NCBI GenBank assembly: GCA_009103225.1
Contig: RHPI01002272.1
Location: 1-64,000 of the forward strand
Origin: Chlorokybus atmophyticus
Taxonomy: Eukaryota > Plantae > Mesostigma and Chlorokybus algae
DNA: 64,000 nt
Direction of reading: 5' to 3'
The position numbers and the translations under genes are program-made. The notes under the pieces are model-generated. The model was not told the DNA's origin and made no database searches. It saw only the letters and a program-made list of their open reading frames with translations. Below, one piece after another: positions 38,097 to 50,713 of this stretch (its first letter is position 1; each line of letters begins with the position of its first letter).

Positions 38097-38856
38097 TGGC
38101 TTGTTGACTTTGTATGCTACAGCACAGCATGTTCGTAGGAAGAACACCGACTCCATCTGCCCGTACTACCCAGCAGCAGCACACCAGCTGCACGAAGCAC
38201 TTGTCACCATGAGGGTGGAGGTCATCTTTCTGTTTTTGCTACGCGTTACACAGGTGGCGCAGCAGCATGTCCAGCACAGCATGGCTGTCCATGCAGCTGT
38301 CCGAGACAGCGTGACCCTCGACTCCCCTCGACCCGACACCTGTCCCCATCATATGACATCAACCTCGGGAATCGAACCTCGAGATTGTCAAACACAAGTA
38401 AACCTCGGATTTATGAACTGCAAAAATCCGTCCTATGCTTGTCCAAACACATTGGACTGGCAAATTGCAAGTCAGTCATGCGATTAGCCAGTTTAACCCG
38501 AGGTTCGCATGACTAACTTGCGATTTGCCAGTCCAATATGTTTGGAAAAGCACAGGACAGATTTTGGCAGTTCACAAATCCGAGGTTGACTTGTCCTGTG
38601 TTTGACAATCTCGAGGTTTGACAATCCCGAGGTTGATGTCCTATGATGGGACAAGTCCTGTGTTAAACACAGTCAGCAAGCACTATGCCTTAAATTAGGT
38701 TGGCGTGAGGCAACATTGACGCACAAATGCACGCAGCATTGGCGCACACACCCCTATGGATGCGGTGCGCATTTTACGAACTCACATTTCTTCTGCCACT
38801 TAATTAGCATTGCCTGTAAGTCATTGTCACCAGACCCTGCCGCCGCCGCCTCCGCC

Positions 38857-39240
38857 GGAAAAGTCAGCGCGAATCATACTCATGTGGATGACACCAGTGT
38901 GGTCGTGAATGGTCACACCACATGTGGCACGCCGTCAGGACCACCTATGGCCTACATAACAGTGATAACCACATGTGGCCAGCCGTCATGACCATTCAGA
39001 CCCTACTGTATGTGGTCTAAATGCATACCATATTTGGCCTGAGTGTACAATTTATGGTGATGAACTCACCATCACATGCATGTCGCCGGCAATCACGTCC
39101 ATACACGGTCGTTCAATCATATCATCGAATAATAAGTCGCCGCCATGTGTGTTTGTGATGTTGTGACCATGCTGTCTTGGTGGTGTAGTCACACCATACT
39201 TGCAGGTTCATACCATGTATGGTTGGCCAGTCGTGTGCTC
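38857..39240. repeat. Motif-rich insertion related to 14568-15240
   Basis: Starts ggaaaagtcagcgc; repeated gtggtc/gaccat/caccat motifs. Confidence 0.5.
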
Positions 39241-39640
39241 CATGCGTTTGTTGTTGAAAACCAGAGTCTGTAGCATAGCGAGCCTGCCTAGCGCTTCAGG
39301 CACCTCCTTTAAACACTCACACTGTCGCCCTGTCGCACATTAGCTTTGCAGAACGGTAAGCTCACTAAACAGGCCCGCAGTGCCTGCAACCTGCTGCACA
39401 CGCTTATGTCCAGCTCTTGCGGAGCAGCAAGCTCGCGCAAAGGACGCTGCGGCCTTTGAGCTGCCGCACCAGCTGAACTTGTCAATGTTCGTTGGGCAAC
39501 TCGGGCAGCGTCGATGGGTCTGTCACACCTGTCTAGGTCTACGCCTAGATTACCTGCTCTTGCAGATCAACAAGCTTGCCAAAAGACTTAACTTCCTTGG
39601 CGGTTATGCAAGTAAGCAAACAGCACTTGCATGAGAATGC
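39240..39640 (-). pseudogene. Degenerate NLR-type LRR fragment
   Basis: ELAAPQELDISVCSRLQAL / GLFSELTVLQS* / QCECLKEVPEALGRLAMLQTLVF across frameshifts. Confidence 0.65.
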
Positions 39641-41514
39641 ATGTCAATACACACGATTACATACATGTACTTGGCAACCGTTGTATGTAATATGATACAT
39701 GTATATATGCACGTATGTGTGCATGTAAGTATGCAATGCAGATTAACGAATGTGTGATATGTGTAAATGGATTGTTTGTTTAAGTTATCGCATGCTATAC
39801 ATGTTATTCGTTATTTGTCACAACCTTCCATTTACTTTAAGCTGCTTTATACATGATACAATTTGGCAATTTTCTCTTACGGCATATAGACGCAACCATA
39901 GTACATAGTAAAGCCTTGCATCAACTTGACTGTTCAACATTTGTATGCTACAACAACATCATATTGGCCTTGTATCAGTAGTACTACATATTGGAGGTAG
40001 GGCTGTGCACATCGCCACGTGTAACATGTGTGACGTTGCTAAGTTGCATGCCGATACCTTGCGAAGAGGCGCTACGCTTGTGATGATATGAAGCTAAGTG
40101 CACTTAATAATGACGGCGGCGGCGGCGCTACGGAGATGGTGGACAACTATAGCTAGGCGTGGCGAAAAGAGTAGCAAGCAAGGCGCGTAGTAAACTGCGC
40201 TTACGGTCTAATGTACAATGTGCGATAACGTGCTGTGCTGCGGGTTGTCACCATCTGCGTCACTATCGTTGTCAAGTGCTAGTGCTTGCGAGCATGCTAA
40301 ACGCATTGTTTGTAGTGTGAAACATGGCCCAGCAGGCATAGTAGCGAAAGGAATTATTACAAAATGTCGTGTATTGCATATCAATATATAGATGGATGAC
40401 TCCATAAGCCCTTTGGCCCATTTAGTGATAAAGCGGTATATAAACACTTTGAGTATGAATATAATGCTTATGTGCAATATCCGTGTGTCTCAAGCATTGG
40501 GTGGAGAAATCTCAAAGTATTTGCAAAAACACTAGTTGGTTCTTATGGTGTAAATGCGCATAAGCACGTGTTACACCCATTATGTATGTTCACTTGCTAT
40601 TACAAACGGAAACATGGTTCTTAAAGTGTTAAATAAGTAAAGCACGGCCTGCAGTTGTAGGCTATTATGCAAGTTGCAATACATTTAAAAATCATGCACG
40701 TAGACTTCGTATTGCGCATTACAACGATGGTCATCTGCAACCTTCAGTTGCTCATATGCATCTCGTTGCATAAACGCGTGCAACACCTTTCAGCTCCTAA
40801 GGGTGTTTTATATATGAAGCATCAAAATGCTATTTCATGCTTAACAAGCTACATAAGCAGTCACACGCATGCACACACCAGCATTACAAGCACAAAGCAA
40901 GCAAATTAACGGGGGCGCAGAGCAGCTAGGACCAACTAGAACGCAGCAACCAACACGACTGCTCAGCAACTGCACAGCGGACGGGGCAGCACAGGGCAGG
41001 ACGGGGCCAAGGGAAGGGGGTCACCACCTGCGCAGCAGAGGCGTGGTCAGGCCGGGCTTCACTAGCTTCACAGACGCGGACGACAACGACGACCACGACG
41101 CAGCACACAACTGACTGGCCCCCGCCGCCACATACGCTGCTCCGGCCCCTATCCTGTTCACAACAACAAATCGACTGCAGGCGTTGTTAGAGCGTTAGTG
41201 AGCAGGGCTGTTAGTGAGCAGGGCCCTTAGCAATGCATGTCACATCACATTAGTCATGTGCCATGCCAGTGGCTGAGCAGCAACGCCAGCACTAGGACCA
41301 TGACCAGCAACCCAACTGAAGCATCGCAAGCATCACAAGGAACAAAACACAAGCCACAGCATGCACAGCACCAGCATCACAGCACCACAAACACCATCCA
41401 GACCAGCAACACAAGCCACACCAGCATATGCATGCACCACACCAGCACCGACAGTAATTTGCATGCGGGCTGGTAACCTGCTCCCCGCATGTACTCACCT
41501 CTTCTTACCTGAAC

Positions 41515-43400
41515 TCACCTGTCAGTCGCTGTGGTGACGTCCATCCTCCGCTTGATGAGGTGATAGAAGTGCTTGTATGTCACCCCGTACACCAGCCCTT
41601 GCCTCGTAGCCCACCTGCACAACACCGACAGCAAGACTGACAGGTCATAGCCTTGTACACACATCCCTGTCAACAAAGTGTGCAGTTCCTGCAAGCAATG
41701 TGCTCTACATGTAAGCAGTCTCACAAAACGAATGCATTGCAAAATGACTATACCATGTTTTGCCGATCCGGCAGTGTCACTGGCAGGGTGTGGGCGCTCT
41801 CCATCATGGGATTCCCACGAACAATGGTAGCGTGATCTTACTGTACACTCTCGTACACAAGCCCACATCATGAGCCTGTAACACATTCATATCCAGGAAA
41901 GGCACCGAAGTGCCCGCAGCAAACTCAGTCAATGTCAAGATGTGCTGGGTAAATGCCACCCGCGAGTGCTGTGGTGACTGATACATGAACGCAGCAAACG
42001 CCGGTACATTCACCACCAACAGATCATCCACATACCGTACAATACTCATGGCAACCTTAGCAAGCAGTTCTGGTTGGCCCAACGCCTTGAGCCTGCGCAT
42101 AAACTTGAGCTCATCATACCCCAAATGGAAGTTAGCCAGATACACGCCAGCGTTGTTGCTTATGGCAATGCCAATAGCTTGCTGGCGTATCTCATCCGTG
42201 GCAGTCTGCACGTACAAGCTATCCACCATGTACGACAGCATGACATGTAGTGTGGCACGTTTAAACTGACGTATTGTACGTGCATGTGTTTACCCTGTTA
42301 GGGCCACACCCCTAAACGTGTGTGGTCTCACCATTGTGGTATGTCACATAAAGGGTGTCAGCTCTATGGTGGTTGCGCTGAGCACAGGCAAAGAGTTCGT
42401 CATCCAGCTCCTGGATGCCTGTCACCAACTCTCCATGGCGTATGTTAGTGTACAAGTTGACAAAGTCAAACGTCCTCAACAGCATGTTGAGGACGTCCAA
42501 TTGTGTTGCTTATCTGCTGACGAGCGTGAGGTATTGAAACCTTGCAGCAGGTCCAGCACGCCCATTGAGTCCTTCAATATCCAACTCTTGTGCATGCCCT
42601 GCACAGTCTCAGACCACAGAATGTGAAAGATTGGCAGCAGGCACTTACAAATACAGGTCAACCACACACTAACAGAAGTCAGCAAAGTGTTGCAAGCCGC
42701 AGAAATAAATCTAGTTTTTTTTTTTTGTGAAGCTTGAGGGTTAAGTACAAGTGGGGCAGCCTAGCAGCGCCTCCAGGAACTGCCCTGTAGCCATGATGTT
42801 TTGTGAATGCCGCATGCCTCTGCAAAACCTCTACTTTGCTCTCATCCACCAACGTGTAAGTGTCAGTAGCCAACTCAGCCGAAAACAAGCACAAGTACTA
42901 CCACTTGCACATGATGGCATAAGTGTAGTGGCAAAGACGCCACTACACTTATCTACATCTGTGACGACAAAATGGTCATGTAACTCTCTCACCAACTGAC
43001 GATCCAGAGCAGTCAATGTTGGTGCAGTTTGCACAGGTAAAACAGTGATGGTAGCTGCCTTCTGCGCCAAGGACGCTTCCACAGAGGATGCCCAATCAAT
43101 GAACAGTCCTGGCTGGCCATACTTACCATCTAAGTTTTCTGCAAAGTTCAAAACGCCGCATTGCACAGCTGCCAGGCATGAGTGGGCACAGGTCGCAGCA
43201 GGGGGCCTGTACTTTATACCTGCGGCGAGGAGCTGAGCAAGAGTGGCTGATTGCAACATAGAATAGTCACAGCCTACCACATGACCCAGCTGTGGATGTG
43301 CGGACAAGTGTGGTGCTTGACACAACCACCCAGCATCCAACATGCTCATCTGCACGGACATGGGCATGCATATCGGCACTGCTGCTACTGCGTCGATACG
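41515..43400 (-). mobile_element. Penelope-like element reverse transcriptase remnant with no C-terminal endonuclease
   Basis: LPHLYLTLKLHK, TFDFVNLYTNI, QQAIGIAISNNAGVYLANFHL, RYVDDLL, SVPFLD, thumb HPAS...AKHGIVILQCIRFVRL...GYD, then a stop. Confidence 0.8.
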
Positions 43401-43994
43401 CAATCATGCATGCGTGCATGCAATAAACGTGTGCATCTCGACTGTGATGCACATGCGCTGAGTAAGCACAGAATGCAGGCATGCACTGTGCAAGGAGTGA
43501 ACATGGTGAGTTCAGCGGCAGGTATGATCGCCCGCGGCTGACTGTTTGACGGCATTGGTACAGGTTCTGCATGAGGCTCGGCGTTGCTCCCATCAACAGC
43601 GCTGTGCGGGTACCGAGCGCTGCGCTTTCCCAACCAGTGCGCACAACGCGGCTGGCTTGGGCAGTGCGGGCCATGGCTGGCAGCGCTGGTGATATGTAAG
43701 TCGTCGACGCCGCTGCAAATGCCGTGTGCCATCACTGTCGCAACATTCTTAGCTTCATGTGCTTGTCTGCAAACCAAATAGTATCGCCTTACTGCACTCA
43801 ATCGTAGGCGCGTGCTTGGTAGCTTGGTATCTGTATAGCTCGGCTATTCCAGCTGGTTAGCTTTTGGCCAGTTCCCTTTGCCACCTTTTAGCAATCCCCA
43901 TTGATGTAAGATTTGACTTTGTAAACTGAACCGCATCCTACCCACAAAGTAACTACATGTGCGTGGAAGGCAGCCACGCATGCAGCAGCAAACT

Positions 43995-44794
43995 TCTGTG
44001 TTCATCAGCTACTGTCAGAAGGACAAGTCACATGCGCAACCTGACGTGCGAAACCTAGCGGACAGATTACAAGCCGATGGATTGCTGTGTCTTTGTGGAC
44101 TACATGAATGACGGGACAGTGTCGTGGCCTGTCTTTGTCGGACAGATGCTGGAGGACAGACCAATGCGCGCACGTTGTTTAGTTGCACCATTGGCCAGCC
44201 CCGTGTGACCGCAATTGCATGCATGGTGTGTGGTGTACTTAAGTTGCTGAGATGCTGGGTTCAGGTCGTTGTTGCCTGTGACGAGCACTACAAATTTGAT
44301 TCCCTCAAAGAGCCAGTCTTAGACAGCATCGACTTGCTGGGCAGGGGTACTCCTGACGAGTACACCAACATCCTTTACAAGGTGTATGAGCAACAATATT
44401 GAACGGGCTGGCTGGTGCCAGTAAACTTTATGCCTCCTGGTGAGATAAGCCACGTCCCCAGCCAGATTGTCAAGTTCAGTTACTATTCCATCAATTGGCA
44501 GATTAAGGTGAGAGACAGGGTTTCCACTGTGACTGAGCTTGCTGGCTGACTAAAGAGTACCTATCAGACGGCTCTAGTTGACCTGCCGATCAGCTCCCCT
44601 TGATGCTACGCATCAGCATGTGTGTGCTTACGCTGTATGTTCAAGTAGTTATGAGCAGTACTTGATCAACACGCTTGCAGAACCCTGCTGACCAAAGGTA
44701 CGACGACTTGCTGAAGCGCTTGCATAGTATCTCACCGTTTGTGACAGCAGCTGGAGCTACTGCCACGGGGCGCCGCCAGCTAGCACTGCTCTAA
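43995..44794 (+). pseudogene. SEFIR/TIR-like domain gene, copy 1 (exons about 43995-44170, 44265-44507, 44681-44794)
   Basis: SVFISYCQKDKSHAQPDVRNLADRLQADG / VFVDY..SWPVFVGQM / VVVACDEHY...GRGTPDE..ILYKVYEQQY*TGWLVPVNF...HVPSQI / YDDLLKRL; +1 frameshift and TGA at 44400-44402. Confidence 0.75.
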
Positions 44795-45139
44795 ACGACA
44801 GGTGATGGTTGTTACAGGCCTAAATGACAAAAAGAAGGTCGACGGATGCAGCTGCTGATGGGATGGCAAGTGCTCGATCAGGCTTGTGTTTTGGTCCTTC
44901 ACGTCGCAGTCAATGCACTGGCAGCAAGTGCGTAGCACCAGTACCAGTGCGTTCCTTGGAGTAACTGCTGATTGCTATGCACGAGTCGCCGATCTTCAGC
45001 AGCAGCTATCGCCAGCTCCTCGTCACAGGCGTACTTGTCAGTCAGAGAGTTGTTTGAAAACGAGGACATTCTCATCATCAATCTGTGGAGGGAGAGAGCT
45101 CAACCTGCAATGGACAGGCTTGTTGAGTTTTAAAACTCT

Positions 45140-45698
45140 TGCTCAGATTTCTACAGCAAATGTGCTCTCACCAATTGTGCTCTTACCAACAAGATGGCAG
45201 CCCTGAAGCGAAGCTCCTGCAGCTTATAAAAAACGCGCGCAGGTATGCGCCTATTGCGTTGCTTATAGCTACCTTGCCAGAGCACACACCCAGTGCGCAC
45301 ATCCACGTTTGCACAGCCTCTTTGTCGCCTATGACCGCCCCTTCACTTCCATTGTGTACATGCAGGGTGGTCTATGACTTTTGGTACAAGGCATGAAATT
45401 GGTACACGACCAGGCTGCTGCCTGTGGATTTCTTAGCATCCGCAAGCATTGGGTTGGCAGAGGAAACGATTACAGACTGCTTGTGGAACCCATTGATATT
45501 GCAAATTATTACCGCCTGAAGCTGTGCGAGCAGTGGCGCGAAGGCAATCGTCATTACCTGGAGGCGAACAACCGTCCAGTTCAATACGTGTTTCTGGAAC
45601 TTCGGTACGAGAAGTACAACCCAGGTAGCGTTGCACCCTCGTCAACGGACCATGCGCTTCATGAAGCAGACGCGGTTGAGGCCAGCGCGCAGCTGTAG
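45140..45698 (+). pseudogene. EDS1-family EP-domain gene, copy 1; disrupted
   Basis: IKNARR|VVYDFWYKA*NWYTTRLLPVDFLASAS-(D)WVGRGNDYRLLVEPIDIANYYR...HYLEANNRPVQY; intron 45243-45365; TGA at 45394-45396; 1-nt deletion near 45447. Confidence 0.85.
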
Positions 45699-47399
45699 AG
45701 CTCGCATGCAAGCGCGTGCTCACTACAGCTATGGCAACCAGCAACGCTTCCAATTGCCATTTGGGTGAGTCACCTCGTACAGCTAGGTTGCAACTCTGAA
45801 CACTTTACAAGGCGGATGGTAATGTACATACAGGACGGTATGCAGTAGATGGTTGAAAAGCCAACAGAGGCTTAGCGCACTGCAATACTAGTGCAAACAC
45901 CAGAAAACATTGCAGTTGCAGGGCTTGATGCAAAACAAAGTCATGCGCCAACATGTCCACCATACCATTGTTGACAAGTATGATGTTGCTGGCTTCATGT
46001 ATAACACATGTGTTCCAAGTTAGTGTGGACCCCAACTGTGTGCAAGTTTTTTGCGTCAACATGTCTACCTTATCACTGATATTGGAAGGCCTAAGCGCTT
46101 TGAGGCATGTAAGGCAGGCAGTGCAGGATGAATTACCCCATCTTTCCTGGGCGGCACAGCTGCCTGCGGATGAGGCAAACATGGTTCAAGCTTGTGCCTA
46201 GCAGCTTTGACAAACACCTGTCCAACTTTCTTAACACAATGTCGGGTTGTCCATTGGCGGCTTCAAACAGTAGCGTCTTGCACTGCCCTCTTGTTGACGA
46301 CCTTGACTACGCTCTTCCTTGGCATGGAGTCCTTGGAAGGACTTCCGAGATCAGCGTGTACAAGCCCCCCGCAACAACATGCCACTGCATCCTCATTGAA
46401 CGATTGAGCATGATTGATTCTGTGTGACGCTGCAGCTGCAATCTCATACTGCAAAAGCACTAAAGCAGGGTATATAAAGCGCTTTCACTGTGTACAATGT
46501 GTGACAATGGCTGCAGCCATGAGAGCAACAATTGCCGTGCACGCAATACCGTACGGTAAGCATATGCATATCTGCAAGCTACAACTGCTTTCTCTGCACA
46601 CTGGTATATATGTCAAGCTTGCTCAACTGAACTGCCAAGCCAACTGAAAAATTTTCTGGAATTGGTGGAGGTGCACTAATGGACTTGACTAGTAGCTGAA
46701 CTTTTCGGCAGGGCTTGTGGTCAGCTATGTAGAGGATTTCAGTAGGAGTAAAGCGCCCTGAGAATTTTCGATCTGTTTGGACATCAAGTGCAAACCACTC
46801 AGAGTTGCTATCTTCGTTTGCATTTGCATTCATAGATCCCCTCAACTCCCTGCATCAAACAAGCTAGGCTCAATTGTGTCACCTTCACCAAGCTCAGGCA
46901 TACAATGCTTGGCCAACAACGTCTCAACCCACCAGCATGCAGGGTCGCGATCGGGGCAGTCGTTCGCGCTGGTTACGCAGTAAGCTTCAACAACGTGCTC
47001 TTGGTCGTCCTTAAAAGTGTATGACAGCCAGCTACCTGTGTTGAAAGCAAACTGGTCAAGACAATAAGAGCATAATGAAACGCGTGCAGCATTGTGTATG
47101 AACTTGAACTTATTGCTCTTGTCTGCACACGCATCACGTCAGCCACGTCAACATGTGAGCTTGTCACTCACTCCAAGCCTCTCCAGTTCTGAAGGCAAGC
47201 CATTTGGTCTGGACATGGCCATCAAATGCGCAAATACCCAACTCATGCGGACGCCTTTCACCCGAGCACTTCACCCACCCACCAGCTATGCGTGGGCCGA
47301 GCATTGCCAGCTGCTTCCAATGCTTGGCGCTGCCAACTTGTGTTGCTGTTTCTTCTACAATATCGAGCAAGCCTGGATGCACGTCTATAAGCCCTTATA

Positions 47400-50300
47400 C
47401 ACGTCACCCCGTCACATTAGTCATATGCATGCGCCAGCAATCACCGTTGAGTTCTTGCTTGTCGAGGATACCCTGGAAGACGTCAAGCCCTTCAACAAGG
47501 ACCGTCAACGCGTCCACCGGTAAGGGCTTATGCTGCAACTGCTGCCGGCAAACTCTCACTTTCTCCTGCAATTCTTCAAGCCAGGTGCTAAGGGCCGCAT
47601 CTGTGGTGTAGCGCCGAAGCTGCTTGTGCATTGCGTTCATAATGCAACTTGCGGCTTCATCGCAAGCCGGAAGTCTATCTGCTCAAGCCAGCAAAGGGTC
47701 AGCACCATCCCTGGTGCCATTGATGAGAGCAAATACAAAAGAGGCAAAGAACAGTGACAACAGATGAGAGAAAATGATGCTGTTCCTACCTTTAGATTTC
47801 GCCATCTGGAACATTGTGGCAACTCGCCTGAAGTTGGTACTTGCTTCGCGCTCCAACTGCGCTTCCAGCTGGTGCCACACAAGCTTTTTGCAATTGCGAA
47901 TATGTTCAGGCACCTTGAGTAAGTTATTCCCCCAAATCCGTAACTCCTCCAAATGTTGCAACGACAGCTCGGGTAGGTTGTTAAGCTTATTGGAATCCAA
48001 CACCAGTTTCTTCAACTGTTGCAAGCGATTGACTTCTTGAGGTACCTCGACCAGATCATTTTGTGACACATCCAGCACTTCAAGGTGATGCAGTTCCCAC
48101 AGCTCATTGGCTGGCAATGATGCCAAACGAGTGTTGCACAGAATTAAATAGCGGAGGTCCTTCATCTTGCACACCTGTCAGGAAGCTGATGAGCGGCGCA
48201 GCATGGGAAGGAGGAAGGGGGCATATGCCCCCTATGCACTGATGCAGGAAAGATGCGCATTTACGACCAGCTGTTGCTCGTATGCCCCGACCTGCAGTAT
48301 TGTTCATAGTACATTGCCAGCATTGCACGCCCCTCACCTGCTGTAACAAGCCTTCTGGGTTACAATCGACATCTATTGAGCGCCAATGCTTGAGCTTCGG
48401 GAGCTCCAAATTGGGAATGGCACGCAATTTGCTGCAGAAGTCCAAACTAAGGAAAAGCAGATGTGGCAGCTTTAAACAAACTACTGTGGGTGCTGTGAGG
48501 GATGTCAAGGAGACGCAATAAGCGAGATCCAACATCTGCAGCAGGCATGAGATCAGTGGCATACTTGCATGCATGCAGATGCGGGCAGTGAGAGAGCTGC
48601 ACCTGCAGATTTGTAAACTTATTGATGTCCGGCAGGATGACAAGTCTACCGCAACGTGTCAACACCAGCGTTTGCAGTGAGGGCAGCTGCAGACAAAAAG
48701 AACCAGGACAGGGTGTAATTGAAGCTCTGCCAAGCACGAATAAGAATATTTCATTCCGTTTTGCAACTCACTTGGATATTTGCCTCTGCATCCCAGAGCT
48801 GCTCAAAACTGCCAAGGGACAAATCCAAAGCATAAAGTTTGTTGTATACTGCTGCTTCGATCACTTGCACGTTGCGCAGCATGTTCACTTGTAAGGATAC
48901 CAAGTGCTGTGCACTGCCTTGTAGAACCAAGTATGAAGCACAGTTCACAGCCAGTAGCCGCAGGCCTGGCCCGAATTCATCTGGTGCAACCCGCTCACGA
49001 TTGAGTTCGACCTGTATCTCCGAAAATTCGCCCTGCAGTTGACACTCAGCCTGTCTCAGTACTCTGGCCAATCTGAGGCCTTGACAACTTTCACAATCTC
49101 ACTATGCTGTGCATGGCGCAATGCACTGTGACAGCAACACGGCGGTAAGCGACAGGAGCGCCTAGTCTGGACACATACAAAGTAATGTGCGGCACACCTG
49201 CTGAGGGATTCCGCTGACATGATGCAACGTCGAAGGTTGGAGACATGAAAGCTGTTGCGGGGCTACCGTCTTTTTCAATTGCGTTCCTAGAATCACTAGC
49301 AAATCATGCATCACCAACAATCTACCAGCTATCTCTGGGTGTTCTTCCACACTTATAAGGGAGCTCTCTTGGAGGTTGAGTAGCACACGAGGAATTCCCC
49401 TTCGAAGGTCTGCAAGATCTCCAGGGCTGGTCCAGATGTACACTCCAGCTCGATACCCGCTATAAGTGCGTAGAAACGGATAGCACGCCAGGTCTTGAAA
49501 TGCATCACGTTCCTTGCTTCCAAGGCGGGTCAAGCTGAACTCAAGGATGCTGAATATGCCATCTTCCTTCTCACCATGTAAACTTTGCATTTCTGGTAGC
49601 CGCTCCAGATAGTGAAGAAACTCAACACGACTTTGATTACGCAGCGCACTTCCAATCACCTGAAGTGCCAGTGGCAGTCCACCGCACGCCTCCACAATGG
49701 ATTTAACGACAGGTGCACATACTCGGAAGGACTGCCCGCGCTCACCTGCAGCGCATACGTGCTCATGCAGCTCGTTACAAAGGAAATAATCACTCAGGTT
49801 GAACTCGTCCGTACAAGCGTTGTAAATAATGCCAGCAAACTCGTCTTGTTCCTTGCGAGTGTGCTGCCGGTATGCATGTCTGCAGAACAGGGTGATAGCA
49901 TCTAGTGGCCCTAAACACGACACTTGCAGAATTTCCACATTCCCCGGGTACTCCAGCCACCTGCGCTCCCAGGAAGTGAGAATCACCTTGCTGCCTGCAG
50001 CCACGGGCACCAGCAAATAGTCCGCTTGCTCCTTGGTAGTGACATTATCCACGACAAGCAGGACTTGCTCGTTTCTAAGGCGTTCTGTAAGTAACTGTCG
50101 TCCATCGCTCAAGTCGAGCCCAACATTGTCATCGGCAGGGGTCTTACAGAGGGCCCTCAGCATGGCTCGCTGCTGTTCCTTCAGTGCCACGGTGCTCTCT
50201 CCTGGATCAAGTGTGATGAAGCAGCTTCTTCCGCAATAGTCTGCGACAAAGTAATTGTACACATGCTTGGCTATGGTAGTTTTGCCCACACCTCGCATGC

Positions 50301-50630
50301 CAAGCAGTCCCACCACCGTGTGCGTTTCCAAACGCTTTATAACAGGTGCAGAGCGTGCATGGATGTCAACAGCCTCAACTGTAGCCACGGGCTTATGATG
50401 TATGCTCAGCTTTTGGCAAACCCAATGGACGACTTGTGTGGTGAGTTCCACTTCATTCCTGCACATGCAACGATACCAGCAGATCACAAAACTGGAAGGA
50501 TGCGAGATTTTGGGCACAGACATTGTTCGTACAACACAACAAACAGTACGCTGGCATACAGCAGTCCGATTCTAGCACCCAAAGCGTCAACTAGATGCCG
50601 CCAGCTCAGCAGCAAGCAACACAGACACAG

Positions 50631-50713
<83 letters not shown>

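Larger units (their letters stand above)
30308..38338 (+). mobile_element. Ty3/gypsy retrotransposon carrying a C5 DNA methyltransferase; integrase deleted; TG...CA ends with a CCTG target duplication
   Basis: Starts TGTCAT (segment Y), ends CCCGACA (segment X); CCTG at 30304-30307 and 38339-38342; gag, PR, MTase, RT and RH motifs inside. Confidence 0.9.
30283..38676. mobile_element. Fold-back/MITE-like element (about 360 bp when reconstructed) split by the gypsy insertion: 30283-30307 plus 38339-38676
   Basis: Long inverted arms 38339-38481 vs 38503-38655; the outer tip of the left arm (gctgactgtgttcaacacaggacctg) sits at 30283-30307 and is the inverse of 38650-38676. Confidence 0.8.

Noticed and set aside
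40200-40800. Possible NB-ARC/LRR remnants (YVHDF, LQTMRLAC)
   Set aside because: Isolated short motifs in AT-rich DNA; could be chance.
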